From: Patescibacteria group bacterium | GTDB lineage: Bacteria; Patescibacteriota; Microgenomatia; Levybacterales; UBA12049 | DNA: 43,057 nt | Reading direction: 5' to 3' | NCBI GenBank assembly: GCA_035510695.1 | Contig: DATKGO010000070.1 | Location: 1 to 43,057 of the forward strand | Shown here: one piece after another, positions 7,151 through 19,267 of the stretch | Numbering within the stretch: position 1 is the first letter of the stretch | How the letters are laid out: each line of letters opens with the position of its first letter | The notes under the pieces: model-generated | What the model was told of the DNA's origin: nothing | Seen by the model: the letters and a program-made list of their open reading frames with translations, nothing else | The model's database searches: none | Program-made: the position numbers and the translations under genes

Positions 7151-8722
7151 ATGGAAAATAAATTTAAAATAAGAGCCGTAATTTACGCCCGTGTTTCAAC
7201 CAAGGAACAGGCGGAAGATAAAATATCTATTCCTTCTCAAATAAATGACTCTAGAAAAACGATCGCAGAGCGTGGATGGGAATTAGTTCACGAACCATAT
7301 GCTGATGAAGGCATAAGTGGACATTTGCTTGAAGAAAGACGGGGGTTACAAAGCCTTCTTCAAGATGCAAGGCAACACGCATTTGATTTAGTAGTGGTAA
7401 AAGATTTCGATAGGTTTGCGCGCAATCGTGCGGCTGCAACTATTGTGAGAGAGGAATTGAAAGAATTATTTATTCAAACTTATGCGCTCAATACACCGGT
7501 TGAACCAAAAGATCCTAATAAATACGACCCTACCGATGATGATTTAGCAATCATGGTTGAAGGTTTCTCAGATGCAAATTCTGAAATAGAGCGAAATAAA
7601 ATAAGGAGAAGAATGATGATGGGTAAAGTAGCAGTCGCAAAATCAGGTAAAATTCCAAACAACGTACCTTACGGGTACAAAATTATCAGATCTATTGACG
7701 ATCACGGCAAAGTTCACAGAGAAATAATCGTAGATGAGGAGCAGGCAAAAAATGTGCGCTGGATATTTGATCAATATATTAACGGCAAAGGTGCTTTGAA
7801 TATCGCCTTCCAACTAACTGAAAAAGGTATTAAGCCTATTAGAGGTCAATTTTGGAGAGCGCAAGCAATCAAATACATACTTCAAAATAGAACCTATACG
7901 GGAAAAGTGTTATGGGGATGGAGACACGCTGAATACAAGAAAAATCAACAAAGAAAACTAAGAGGACATAAAGGCATTATAGAAAATGGAGAACACAAAG
8001 CAATTATTCCGGAGCCTACTTTTGAACTCGCACAAAAAGAAAAGAAAATTAGAGGAAGCTCACAAAAAGGGAGAGCGCAATTAAGTAGGGGCTTACTTAC
8101 CGGAATTGCAAAATGTATTCGTTGCAAATCAGGAGTTACATATCTTACTCGCCATCATAAAAGAAAGAAGAAAAACCCAAAGTGGAACGATACAACAACC
8201 CACGAATATTTGTGTGGAGGCTACAAATACAGTGGGATTTGTCAAAGAAGAGTTATGAGTGCAACGCGACTTGAAGAATTTGTTCTCAATCAAATCAGAA
8301 ATTTAATCAACAATCCACTGATAAGGGAAAAGTTAATCTTTGATAGAAGTGTCAACATTTCGGAAGGCTTTGAAGACGACTACAAACATGCCGCTAAAAT
8401 GCTCAACGACATACAAAGAAGACGAGGACGGGTAAAAGAGGCTTTCGAAGCAGGAATTGATTCCTTAGAGGTCTACGGGGCTAATATAAGACGACTTGAT
8501 GATGAAGAGTCAAAGTACCATGCGGTAGCCGATGATTATCAAATTCGCATTCAGAAATTTAATGAACGCAGAGAAGAGCTGGAAAAGTTCACTAAATCTT
8601 TGGAAGACTTCAATACTTTATGGGATAATGCAGATTTTCAAGAAAAGAAACATTTCCTGCGTACAATTTTAAAAGAAGTTAGAGCCGGTAATGGAAAAAT
8701 AGAAATTGATTTTCGCCTCTAA
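7151..8722 (+). CDS. Large serine recombinase (integrase)
   Basis: N-terminal resolvase catalytic domain (AVIYARVSTKEQ, DLVVVKDFDRFARN). This is followed by a recombinase domain, a Zn-ribbon (CIRCKSG...CGGYKYSGIC) and a C-terminal coiled coil. Length is 523 aa. Confidence 0.9.
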   Translation: MENKFKIRAVIYARVSTKEQAEDKISIPSQINDSRKTIAERGWELVHEPYADEGISGHLLEERRGLQSLLQDARQHAFDLVVVKDFDRFARNRAAATIVREELKELFIQTYALNTPVEPKDPNKYDPTDDDLAIMVEGFSDANSEIERNKIRRRMMMGKVAVAKSGKIPNNVPYGYKIIRSIDDHGKVHREIIVDEEQAKNVRWIFDQYINGKGALNIAFQLTEKGIKPIRGQFWRAQAIKYILQNRTYTGKVLWGWRHAEYKKNQQRKLRGHKGIIENGEHKAIIPEPTFELAQKEKKIRGSSQKGRAQLSRGLLTGIAKCIRCKSGVTYLTRHHKRKKKNPKWNDTTTHEYLCGGYKYSGICQRRVMSATRLEEFVLNQIRNLINNPLIREKLIFDRSVNISEGFEDDYKHAAKMLNDIQRRRGRVKEAFEAGIDSLEVYGANIRRLDDEESKYHAVADDYQIRIQKFNERREELEKFTKSLEDFNTLWDNADFQEKKHFLRTILKEVRAGNGKIEIDFRL

Positions 8723-8791
8723 ATCAGGCTATTTGCCGCCATACTTTCGTTGCCACTCAGCATAATTGTTATAATATAAACTATAGGCTTC

Positions 8792-11512
8792 TTACTCCTG
8801 CGGCGTATGAGGTTCCCTATTTAAGTGGCACTTCTTCCACTTCTTTCCACTTCCACACCAACAGGGATCGTTGCGACCCAACTGTTTACTACTATTTACA
8901 GTTTGCGGCTTTTCCTTTTTCGCTTTCACTTTCCTAGCATCTTCACTCAATTCGCCTTCAGGAGTATTAGTCACCATCCGTGGTTGTGGAACCGACTCTT
9001 GCTGCGGTGCGGTAGGAGTTGGAGCTTGCTGCACCTGAATTTTATAAATTCTATGCACAATTTCATCATCAATCGAAACTAACAATTGTTCAAATAATCT
9101 AAAACCTTCATTTTTATACTCAACTAATGGATCTCTCTGCGCGTAGCCGCGCAAACCAATACCTTGACGCAAATTATCCATCACATCCAGATGATTCATC
9201 CACAGCGTATCAATCACGTTTAAACTCACACCGCGTTCGATTTGCTGGCTCAACGGCTCACCAAACATTTCCACTCGCTTTAGATAAACATTTCGGCACA
9301 TATTCGACAAAAACTCTATTTTCTGCTCATTCAAAGGATACTGTTCAAGCTGTTTCACCAATTGCTGCTGGGAGGCCTGATCAAAAGGAATAATCGTCTG
9401 CAGATCGGCAATAATCTTCTCGTTTACCGATAAATCCGTCACACTCGCTAAGCTGACAATACTAGACAATGATTGCTGAATTTTCTGCAAAATCTCTTCA
9501 CGGATAGCAGCTCCTTCTTTTGCTTCCAAAACCTCTCGTCTTCGCGAATAAATAATCTCACGCTGTTTATTTAAAACATCATCATATTCGACCAAATGTT
9601 TACGGTTATCAAAATAAAATCCTTCTACTTTCACCTGCGCATTTTCAATTGCTTTGGAGACAAACTGATGCGTCAAAGGTACGTCTTCCGGCATATTAAA
9701 ACGCGTCATAATGCCGGCAATTTTATCGCCGCCGAAGAGCCGCATGATTTCGTCGTCCAACCCAACGAAAAACTGCGACACGCCGGGATCACCCTGACGG
9801 CCTGAACGACCACGCAGCTGATTATCAATCCGGCGCGACTCATGCCGTTCCGTTCCTATAACGTACAAACCGCCTAAACGCACAACCTCGTCGTGTTCTT
9901 TCTTCCATTTCTCCAACTCTTTTTGATAGGCTTTTTCATTCTCTGTGGGATTTGGCTGTTCACCGCCAAGTACAATATCAACGCCTCGGCCTGCCATGTT
10001 CGTAGCAATTGTCACCGCGCCTTTTTTACCGGCTTGCGCGATAATTTCCGCTTCTTTCAAATGATTTTTGGCATTCAAAACCTTATGCGGAATTTTTCTC
10101 CGTTTCAATAATTCCGAAACAATTTCGTTTTTCTCAATAGAAGTGGTGCCGACCAAAACCGGCTGACCTGTTTTATATACTTTTTCAATTTCCGCCACTA
10201 CCGCGGAAAATTTCGCCCGTCCGGTTTTATAAATGATATCGGCCCGATCGTCTCTAACCATGGGATTATTCGTCGGGATTACAACCACATCCAGATTGTA
10301 GATTTTATGAAATTCTTCCGATTCGGTAACGGCTGTCCCGGTCATACCGGCCAATCTTCCATAAAGTCGGAAATAATTCTGTAAAGAAACCGTCGCCATC
10401 GTCTTGGATTCTTTTTGAATCGGAACATTTTCTTTCGCTTCAATCGCCTGATGAATTCCTTCCGACAACCGCCGACCCACCATTAAACGGCCGGTAAATT
10501 CATCTACTAAAATGACCTCATTATCACGGACAATATAATCTTTTTCCCGATGAAAAAGCGTCCTGGCTTTTAACGCCGCTTCCAAATGATAAACCGTGTC
10601 AAAATCCGTCTCATAAATATTTTTTATTCCATACAGTTTTTCAATTTTTCCGATTCCGTGATCGGTCAAATGAACTGTCCGCATTTTTTCATCCACCTTA
10701 TAATCAATTTCCGAAATTAATTTATCTACAATTTGCGCGTATTCATAATAGCGCTGCGACGGAGCTTCATCCGGCGCTGAAATAATGTGCGGTGTTCTCG
10801 CCTCATCAATGAGAACCGAATCAACCTCGTCAACAATGGCATAATAATTACTGCGCTGGACTACCTGCTCGATAGTTTGCGCCATGTTATCACGTAAATA
10901 ATCAAAACCAAATTCCGAATTAATCCCGTAAACCACATCACACTGATAAGCTTCTTTTCTGCTGATTAATTTTAAGTGTGCTAAACGTGGATCCGCGGCA
11001 TTTTCATCGATGAAATCCCGCTCATATTTGAAAGATTGCTCGCTGATAATCGAGGCAATAGTAATACCAAGTAGAGAAAAAATCGGCCCCATCCAGCCGG
11101 CATCACGTCGAGCCAAATAATCGTTGACTGTCACCAAATGCACGCCCTTGCCGGTCAATGCATGCAAATACAACGCGGGAATAGCGGCTAAGGTTTTTCC
11201 TTCTCCGGTTTTCTGTTCGGCGATTTTACCACGCGCCAAAGCAATCGCCGCCATAATCTGCACGTCATAATGATACAAACCAATGGTTCTCCTGGCTGCT
11301 TCACGCACCAGAGCAAAAGCTTCCGGCAAAATACTGTCCAGACTCTCGCCTTTGGCTATCCTGTCTTTAAACTCCTGCGTCTTTTTGGGGAAATCTTTAT
11401 CTTTATATTTTTTAACGACAGCACCCAAATCGTTAATTTGGTTAACAATCGGCTGCATGCGTCCGACTTCGCGTTCATTGGAATCTAATAATTTATTTAA
11501 AAGAGGTAACAT
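8792..11512 (-). CDS. secA: Preprotein translocase ATPase SecA
   Basis: Walker A MKTGEGKT equivalent (QKTGEGKTL), DEVDS motif, TNMAGRGVDI, and a C-terminal Zn finger CWCGSGKKWKKCH. Length is 906 aa. Confidence 0.97.
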   Translation of the reverse strand: MLPLLNKLLDSNEREVGRMQPIVNQINDLGAVVKKYKDKDFPKKTQEFKDRIAKGESLDSILPEAFALVREAARRTIGLYHYDVQIMAAIALARGKIAEQKTGEGKTLAAIPALYLHALTGKGVHLVTVNDYLARRDAGWMGPIFSLLGITIASIISEQSFKYERDFIDENAADPRLAHLKLISRKEAYQCDVVYGINSEFGFDYLRDNMAQTIEQVVQRSNYYAIVDEVDSVLIDEARTPHIISAPDEAPSQRYYEYAQIVDKLISEIDYKVDEKMRTVHLTDHGIGKIEKLYGIKNIYETDFDTVYHLEAALKARTLFHREKDYIVRDNEVILVDEFTGRLMVGRRLSEGIHQAIEAKENVPIQKESKTMATVSLQNYFRLYGRLAGMTGTAVTESEEFHKIYNLDVVVIPTNNPMVRDDRADIIYKTGRAKFSAVVAEIEKVYKTGQPVLVGTTSIEKNEIVSELLKRRKIPHKVLNAKNHLKEAEIIAQAGKKGAVTIATNMAGRGVDIVLGGEQPNPTENEKAYQKELEKWKKEHDEVVRLGGLYVIGTERHESRRIDNQLRGRSGRQGDPGVSQFFVGLDDEIMRLFGGDKIAGIMTRFNMPEDVPLTHQFVSKAIENAQVKVEGFYFDNRKHLVEYDDVLNKQREIIYSRRREVLEAKEGAAIREEILQKIQQSLSSIVSLASVTDLSVNEKIIADLQTIIPFDQASQQQLVKQLEQYPLNEQKIEFLSNMCRNVYLKRVEMFGEPLSQQIERGVSLNVIDTLWMNHLDVMDNLRQGIGLRGYAQRDPLVEYKNEGFRLFEQLLVSIDDEIVHRIYKIQVQQAPTPTAPQQESVPQPRMVTNTPEGELSEDARKVKAKKEKPQTVNSSKQLGRNDPCWCGSGKKWKKCHLNREPHTPQE

Positions 11513-11520
11513 CTGAATTC

Positions 11521-11529
11521 ATTTTACCA
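11521..11529 (-). promoter_or_regulatory. Extended -10 (TGgTAAAAT) for secA, 8 nt upstream of the ATG
   Basis: The minus strand reads ataTGgTAAAATgaattcagATG. Confidence 0.5.
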
Positions 11530-11559
11530 TATTCAAGCTAATGAGACAAAACCAATTGA

Positions 11560-11596
11560 CCCCGAACAAATTTAGAGTGTTCCAAATTATTCGGGG
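11560..11596 (-). terminator. Hairpin between the K-rich small ORF and the secA promoter (putative terminator)
   Basis: CCCCGAA...TTCGGGG stem with additional A-T pairs. On the minus strand it is followed by tcaattggTTTTgt. Confidence 0.4.
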
Positions 11597-11621
11597 CATA
11601 TCAATTGGATAAAAGAGAAAT

Positions 11622-11720
11622 TTACTTTCTCTTTTTCTTGGTTGTTCTCTTTTTTGTAACTTTCTTGGTTGTTTTCTTTACAGCTTTTTTAACTGCTTTC
11701 TTCTTTTTCTTGGCTGGCAT
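11622..11720 (-). CDS. Unannotated 32-aa lysine-rich basic peptide (MPAKKKKKAVKKAVKKTTKKVTKKRTTKKKRK)
   Basis: ATG at 11720 is preceded by GGAGGTG at 7-nt spacing, the strongest SD I saw in the window. Stop is TAA at 11624-11622. It falls below the length cutoff of the ORF track. The 11605-11799 plus-strand poly-Phe ORF is its antisense shadow. Confidence 0.55.
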   Translation of the reverse strand: MPAKKKKKAVKKAVKKTTKKVTKKRTTKKKRK

Positions 11721-11852
11721 GAAACTTCACCTCCTCGACCTGCAAAAATTTTTAAAAATATTTATTGGGCAGGCTTTATTCAGTGTGAGAGATATCTGAA
11801 CGAATGTCAATAGAAGAAGCGAAATAAATTTTCAATTAATTAAGTGAGCAAA

Positions 11853-11878
11853 GGAATGAGTTTTTAAAAATTCGTTCC
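11853..11878 (-). terminator. Putative serS terminator hairpin
   Basis: On the minus strand, GGAACGAAUUUUUAAAAACUCAUUCC forms a roughly 10-bp stem with one G-U pair, followed by UUUG. It lies 36 nt after the serS stop. The U tract is weak. Confidence 0.35.
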
Positions 11879-11913
11879 GAGCGAGCTAGAGAAAATTTGA
11901 TTGGATTATTGGA

Positions 11914-13152
11914 TTATTTGTTTATTCGATTATTAATCTTATCTTTTCCAATGTATTTCCTCAAAACTTCGGGAATAATTACACTTCCATCTGCTTGTTG
12001 ATAATTTTCCAAAATCGCCACTAAGGGTCTGGTCGAAAATGCCGTTCCATTCAAAACCTGTAAATATTTTTTATCTTTTCCGTCTTGATATTTCATATTC
12101 AGTCTTCTTGACTGAAAATCGGTCACTGTCGAAGTTGACGTCATTTCACGATATTTATTTTGTGTCGGAATCCAAGCTTCAATATCATATTTTCTCGCGG
12201 CATTAAAACCCAAATCTCCGCTGCAAACCCTAACCACTTGGTAAGGAATATCAAGCATCTGCATAAACTTTTCCTCAATTGACAACAAATATTCATGTTC
12301 CTTATCATCTTCGCTTTCCGCCACAAAAGAAACCATCTCGACTTTATCAAACTGATGGACACGAAAAATTCCGCGTGTATCTTTTCCATAAGTTCCGGCT
12401 TCTCGTCGAAACGCCGTGGAAAATCCGACATAACGTCTGGGTAAATCTTCTTTTTTCAAAAGATCATTCATATGAATTGGCACAATTGACTGTTCCGCAG
12501 TTCCAACCAAATACAATTCATCATCTTTCAAATAATAAATATTCTCTTCCTCACCCATTTGCGTGTAACCCAAACCTTCCATCACTTCTTTTTTAATCAA
12601 AACCGGAGGAAGAATCGGAACAAAACCTTCTTTAATCAATGTCTCAAAAGCGAATTGTTTCAAAGCAAATTCCAAAAGTACACCTTCATTTTTAAGGTAA
12701 TAAAATCTCGACCCGGAAACTAGCGCTGCTTGTTTAACGTCAATAATATTCAAAGCTTCGCCTAATTCCAAATGATCTTTCGGAGTAAAATTAAATTTCG
12801 TCGGCTCCTTATATTTTTTTATTACTTCATTTTCCGAATCGTCTTTTCCGACCTTTACATCTGATTTCGCAGGATTGGGAATTTTTAACAGTTCCTGATT
12901 TAATTCTTGTTTCAAAGAAGAAAGCGCGTGTTCTTTAATTTCCAGCTGCTGTTTTATCTCTTTCCCTTTGGCAATATTTTTTTCTTTAGCTGCACTATTT
13001 CTCTCTTCCTGCAGTTTCTGCACTTCCAAACTAACTTTGCGATACTTTTCATCAATTTCTAAAATATGAGCTGCATTTACAACTACGCCCTTGTCGGCAG
13101 CGGATTTTTGAATTTTATCTGAGTTTTCGCGGATAAACTTTATATCAAGCAT
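11914..13152 (-). CDS. serS: Seryl-tRNA synthetase
   Basis: Canonical N-terminus MLDIKFIRENSDKIQ, a coiled-coil arm, and class II motifs (FRREAG, GSGLAV-equivalent, TAFSTRPLVAILENYQ). I moved the start to the ATG at 13152; the 13188 start in the ORF track is a TTG. Confidence 0.95.
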   Translation of the reverse strand: MLDIKFIRENSDKIQKSAADKGVVVNAAHILEIDEKYRKVSLEVQKLQEERNSAAKEKNIAKGKEIKQQLEIKEHALSSLKQELNQELLKIPNPAKSDVKVGKDDSENEVIKKYKEPTKFNFTPKDHLELGEALNIIDVKQAALVSGSRFYYLKNEGVLLEFALKQFAFETLIKEGFVPILPPVLIKKEVMEGLGYTQMGEEENIYYLKDDELYLVGTAEQSIVPIHMNDLLKKEDLPRRYVGFSTAFRREAGTYGKDTRGIFRVHQFDKVEMVSFVAESEDDKEHEYLLSIEEKFMQMLDIPYQVVRVCSGDLGFNAARKYDIEAWIPTQNKYREMTSTSTVTDFQSRRLNMKYQDGKDKKYLQVLNGTAFSTRPLVAILENYQQADGSVIIPEVLRKYIGKDKINNRINK

Positions 13153-13158
13153 ACCTGG

Positions 13159-13164
13159 ATTATA
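13159..13164 (-). promoter_or_regulatory. -10 box TATAAT for serS, 6 nt upstream of the ATG
   Basis: The minus strand reads gtggtaTATAATccaggtATG. Confidence 0.5.
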
Positions 13165-13195
13165 TACCACTCTGCTGTAAAAAGGCAAAAAACAA

Positions 13196-13218
13196 ATTTA
13201 CAATTTTCAATTCTCAAT
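13196..13218. repeat. 23-nt AT-rich repeat ATTTACAATTTTCAATTCTCAAT (copy 1)
   Basis: Matches 38234-38256 at 22 of 23 positions. Further AATTTTCA words follow it. Confidence 0.7.
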
Positions 13219-13257
13219 GAATGTTCAATATTTTAATTTTCAATATTAAATTCAAGA

Positions 13258-13417
13258 GAGGAGTTTGGAACACTTTCAGGTGAACTGAACGCAGACTAAA
13301 TAGAAATTGTCAATTTAAATAAACATTGATGGCGGCGTTCACTTAGCGAGCGAGAAATTAGTTTATGATTTGATTTAACTTGAGCGAGCGTCACCTGAAA
13401 TGTGCGACAAACTCCTC
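13258..13417. repeat. 160-nt imperfect inverted-repeat element (candidate ncRNA, MITE-like element or large 3' structure of rpsT)
   Basis: Three complementary arm pairs: GAGGAGTTTG (13258-67) with CAAACTCCTC (13408-17); TTTCAGGTGA (13274-83) with TCACCTGAAA (13391-400); ACTGAACGC (13284-92) with GCGTTCACT (13335-43, one mismatch). Confidence 0.5.
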
Positions 13418-13450
13418 AATCTATTTAAACAAAATTTGTGCGGCGAAAAG

Positions 13451-13756
13451 CTATTTACTAGCGGCTTTCTTAGTGGTTTTTGCAGTTTTCTTTTCTGCTG
13501 TTTTCGTAGCTACAACATTAGTTGAAGGCAATAATTTAGACAGCGATGATTTCAAACGGGCTGCTTTATTTTTATGGATGACATTTTTCTTAGCGGCTTT
13601 ATCCAACGAACTGAAAGCCTGACTTATGGTCTCTTTAGTCGGCTTTTGTTTCGCCTTTTTCAAAAGCGCACGATAAGAAACTCTAATCTGCTTATTTTGT
13701 AAAGTGCGCTTTCTGTCCTGGCGCATTTTCTTTTTAGCATGTTTTAAGACTGGCAT
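13451..13756 (-). CDS. rpsT: 30S ribosomal protein S20 with a Lys-rich C-terminal tail
   Basis: MPVLKHAKKKMRQDRKRTLQNKQIRVSYRALLKKA...KAAKKNVIHKNKAARLKSSLSKLL is typical bS20. Confidence 0.9.
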   Translation of the reverse strand: MPVLKHAKKKMRQDRKRTLQNKQIRVSYRALLKKAKQKPTKETISQAFSSLDKAAKKNVIHKNKAARLKSSLSKLLPSTNVVATKTAEKKTAKTTKKAASK

Positions 13757-13762
13757 AGCTGT

Positions 13763-13780
13763 ATTTTAGCATGCTATACT
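13763..13780. promoter_or_regulatory. Back-to-back extended -10 boxes sharing a GCATGC palindrome (rpsT leftward, murJ rightward)
   Basis: Minus strand: TGcTAAAAT (13771-13763), 6 nt before the rpsT ATG. Plus strand: TGcTATACT (13772-13780), 18 nt before the murJ ATG, with AAGGA at 13790-13794. Confidence 0.5.
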
Positions 13781-13798
13781 TGAATTTACAAGGATACT

Positions 13799-15451
13799 AT
13801 GACTGACATCTTCCGAAAGGGACTGGAATTTTTGCTCAAGCGCCAAACCAACATTCTTTCTGCGGCTTTCATAATCATGTCAACCGTTATTTTGTCGCAG
13901 GTGCTTGGCTTAGTCAAACAAAGATTATTAATCGCCATCTTCGGCTTATCGCCGGTTGGAGTATATTTTGCGGCCTCATTACTACCTGATTTTTTGTTTC
14001 AAGCGGTGATCGGTACGGCAATATCCAGCGCTTTTATTCCTGTTTTTGCCCACTTATTATCAAATGACCAAAAAAAAGAAGCTGAAGACACTGCCTCATC
14101 GCTTCTGACTATTAGTTTATCTATTTTTATAGTTTTGGCAATTATTTTGGCTATTTTTGCACCGTATATTCTACAAATCATGAATCTGGGTAACGGATTT
14201 TCTCCCGACCAAATGGTCTTGATGACTAATCTAATGCGTATACTTTTAGTCGCCGAATTATTCTTCATGCTGGGTATATTTTTTACCGCAGTCCTGCAAA
14301 CACATAATCACTTTTTTATTCCCGGTATGGCCGCGGCTATGTATAATCTGGGGATTATCATCGGCATCCTGGCTCTATCAAATTATGGTATCTATGGACC
14401 GGCTCTTGGCAATATTTTAGGCGCTGTTCTTTTTGTCATTCTGCAAATTCCGATATTAATTAAAGTCGGATTTCCTTTTAAAATAAATTTTGATTATAAA
14501 AATTCCGGATTTGTAAAAATACTGCATCTTATGTGGCCTCGTTCTATCGCCAATATTGTTTTTAATGTCTCCAGTATTTTGACAGTCGCACTAATTTCCT
14601 TTATCCAGGCGGCCGGAAGAAATTACACCATATTTAATTGTGCTCAGACTCTCGCATTTGCTCCGGTGACGCTGTTTGGACAAACAATCGCCCAGGCAGC
14701 CTTCCCGGTTTTAGCCAGAGAAAAAGACAAATTGGAAGAATTTAAAATTACTTTCCTTACCAGCTTTAACCAAATGTTATATCTGGTTTTACCCGCTTCG
14801 GTTCTTTTACTTGTTTTGCGCATTCCGATTGTCCGACTTGTCTATGGAGCAAATCTCAGATTTGACTGGCCTGCGACAGTCCTAACCGGCAGAACACTGG
14901 CCTTATTTAGTCTTTGCATCTTTTCCGAAAGCTTAAAGGCCTTAATTGCCAGAGGATTTTATGCACGGCACAATACAAAAATATTATTGTTCGTCGGCAC
15001 TTTTGCGACTATTCTCATGCTGGCTCTCTCTGCCTTTTTTGTCATTTTCCTCAAACTTGGAGTGATGAGTGTAGCTTTTGCTTATTCTCTTTCCAGCATT
15101 ACCGAATTGATTATTCTCTTTATCCTTTTAGATCGTCATGTTCAAGGTTTTGATAAAAAATTTCTCCTGACTTCCTGGACAAAAATTTTTGGCGCATCCT
15201 TTTTTACCGCTTTTGCCATCTATATCCCTATTAAATTACTTGACCAGCTCGTTTTCGATACCACCAAAACCATTAATCTTTTACTCTTAACCGGTATTTC
15301 AAGCTTAATCGGTTTATCAATCTATTTTTTCCTCACCTGGTTATTTAATGTCAAAGAAGCACAGACATATTTAACCATAATTAGAAGATTAGGTAACTGG
15401 CGAGAAGTCATGAATAAGCAACCCGAAGTCATTGAGAGTACGAAATTCTAA
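13799..15451 (+). CDS. murJ: Lipid II flippase MurJ (MviN family)
   Basis: Polytopic 550-aa protein with a MurJ-type N-terminus (LSAAFIIMSTVILSQVLGLVKQRLLIAIFG) and roughly 14 hydrophobic segments. Confidence 0.85.
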   Translation: MTDIFRKGLEFLLKRQTNILSAAFIIMSTVILSQVLGLVKQRLLIAIFGLSPVGVYFAASLLPDFLFQAVIGTAISSAFIPVFAHLLSNDQKKEAEDTASSLLTISLSIFIVLAIILAIFAPYILQIMNLGNGFSPDQMVLMTNLMRILLVAELFFMLGIFFTAVLQTHNHFFIPGMAAAMYNLGIIIGILALSNYGIYGPALGNILGAVLFVILQIPILIKVGFPFKINFDYKNSGFVKILHLMWPRSIANIVFNVSSILTVALISFIQAAGRNYTIFNCAQTLAFAPVTLFGQTIAQAAFPVLAREKDKLEEFKITFLTSFNQMLYLVLPASVLLLVLRIPIVRLVYGANLRFDWPATVLTGRTLALFSLCIFSESLKALIARGFYARHNTKILLFVGTFATILMLALSAFFVIFLKLGVMSVAFAYSLSSITELIILFILLDRHVQGFDKKFLLTSWTKIFGASFFTAFAIYIPIKLLDQLVFDTTKTINLLLLTGISSLIGLSIYFFLTWLFNVKEAQTYLTIIRRLGNWREVMNKQPEVIESTKF

Positions 15452-15501
15452 CAAGTTAACAATACAACAATTTAGCAATTTAACAATGTAATGATTTATT
15501 T

Positions 15502-19259
<3,758 letters not shown>

Positions 19260-19267
19260 TTATTAAT

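Larger units (their letters stand above)
1..8722. mobile_element. Integrated mobile genetic element (integrative plasmid- or phage-like). The right end lies near the serine recombinase; the left end was not identified and may lie outside the window.
   Basis: A large serine recombinase (7151-8722) and an excisionase-like HTH gene (6901-7122) are divergent from a tightly overlapping minus-strand block. That block holds a P-loop helicase-wHTH, a DUF5659-like protein, a Zn-ribbon protein and several orphan ORFs. Conserved core genes begin immediately to the right (secA stop at 8792). No capsid or terminase genes were seen. Confidence 0.6.

Noticed and set aside
8825-11516. Several 69-88-aa plus-strand ORFs inside secA
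   Set aside because: All are antisense to the strongly conserved secA reading frame. They are shadow ORFs.
11605-11799. 64-aa plus-strand ORF rich in Phe and Leu
   Set aside because: It has a TTG start and its poly-Phe sequence is the mirror image of the AAG/AAA-rich minus-strand micro-ORF, which has a strong SD. It is an antisense artefact.
13153-13450. T-box riboswitch upstream of serS
   Set aside because: I found no T-box consensus (AAnnnGGGTGGTACCGCG), no specifier-loop architecture, and no terminator/antiterminator pair adjacent to the serS start. The GTGGTA near the start is better read as part of a -10 region.
13380-13622. 80-aa plus-strand ORF
   Set aside because: It has a TTG start and is antisense to rpsT and the inverted-repeat element. 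Its hydrophobic, low-complexity sequence is typical of a shadow of a Lys-rich gene.
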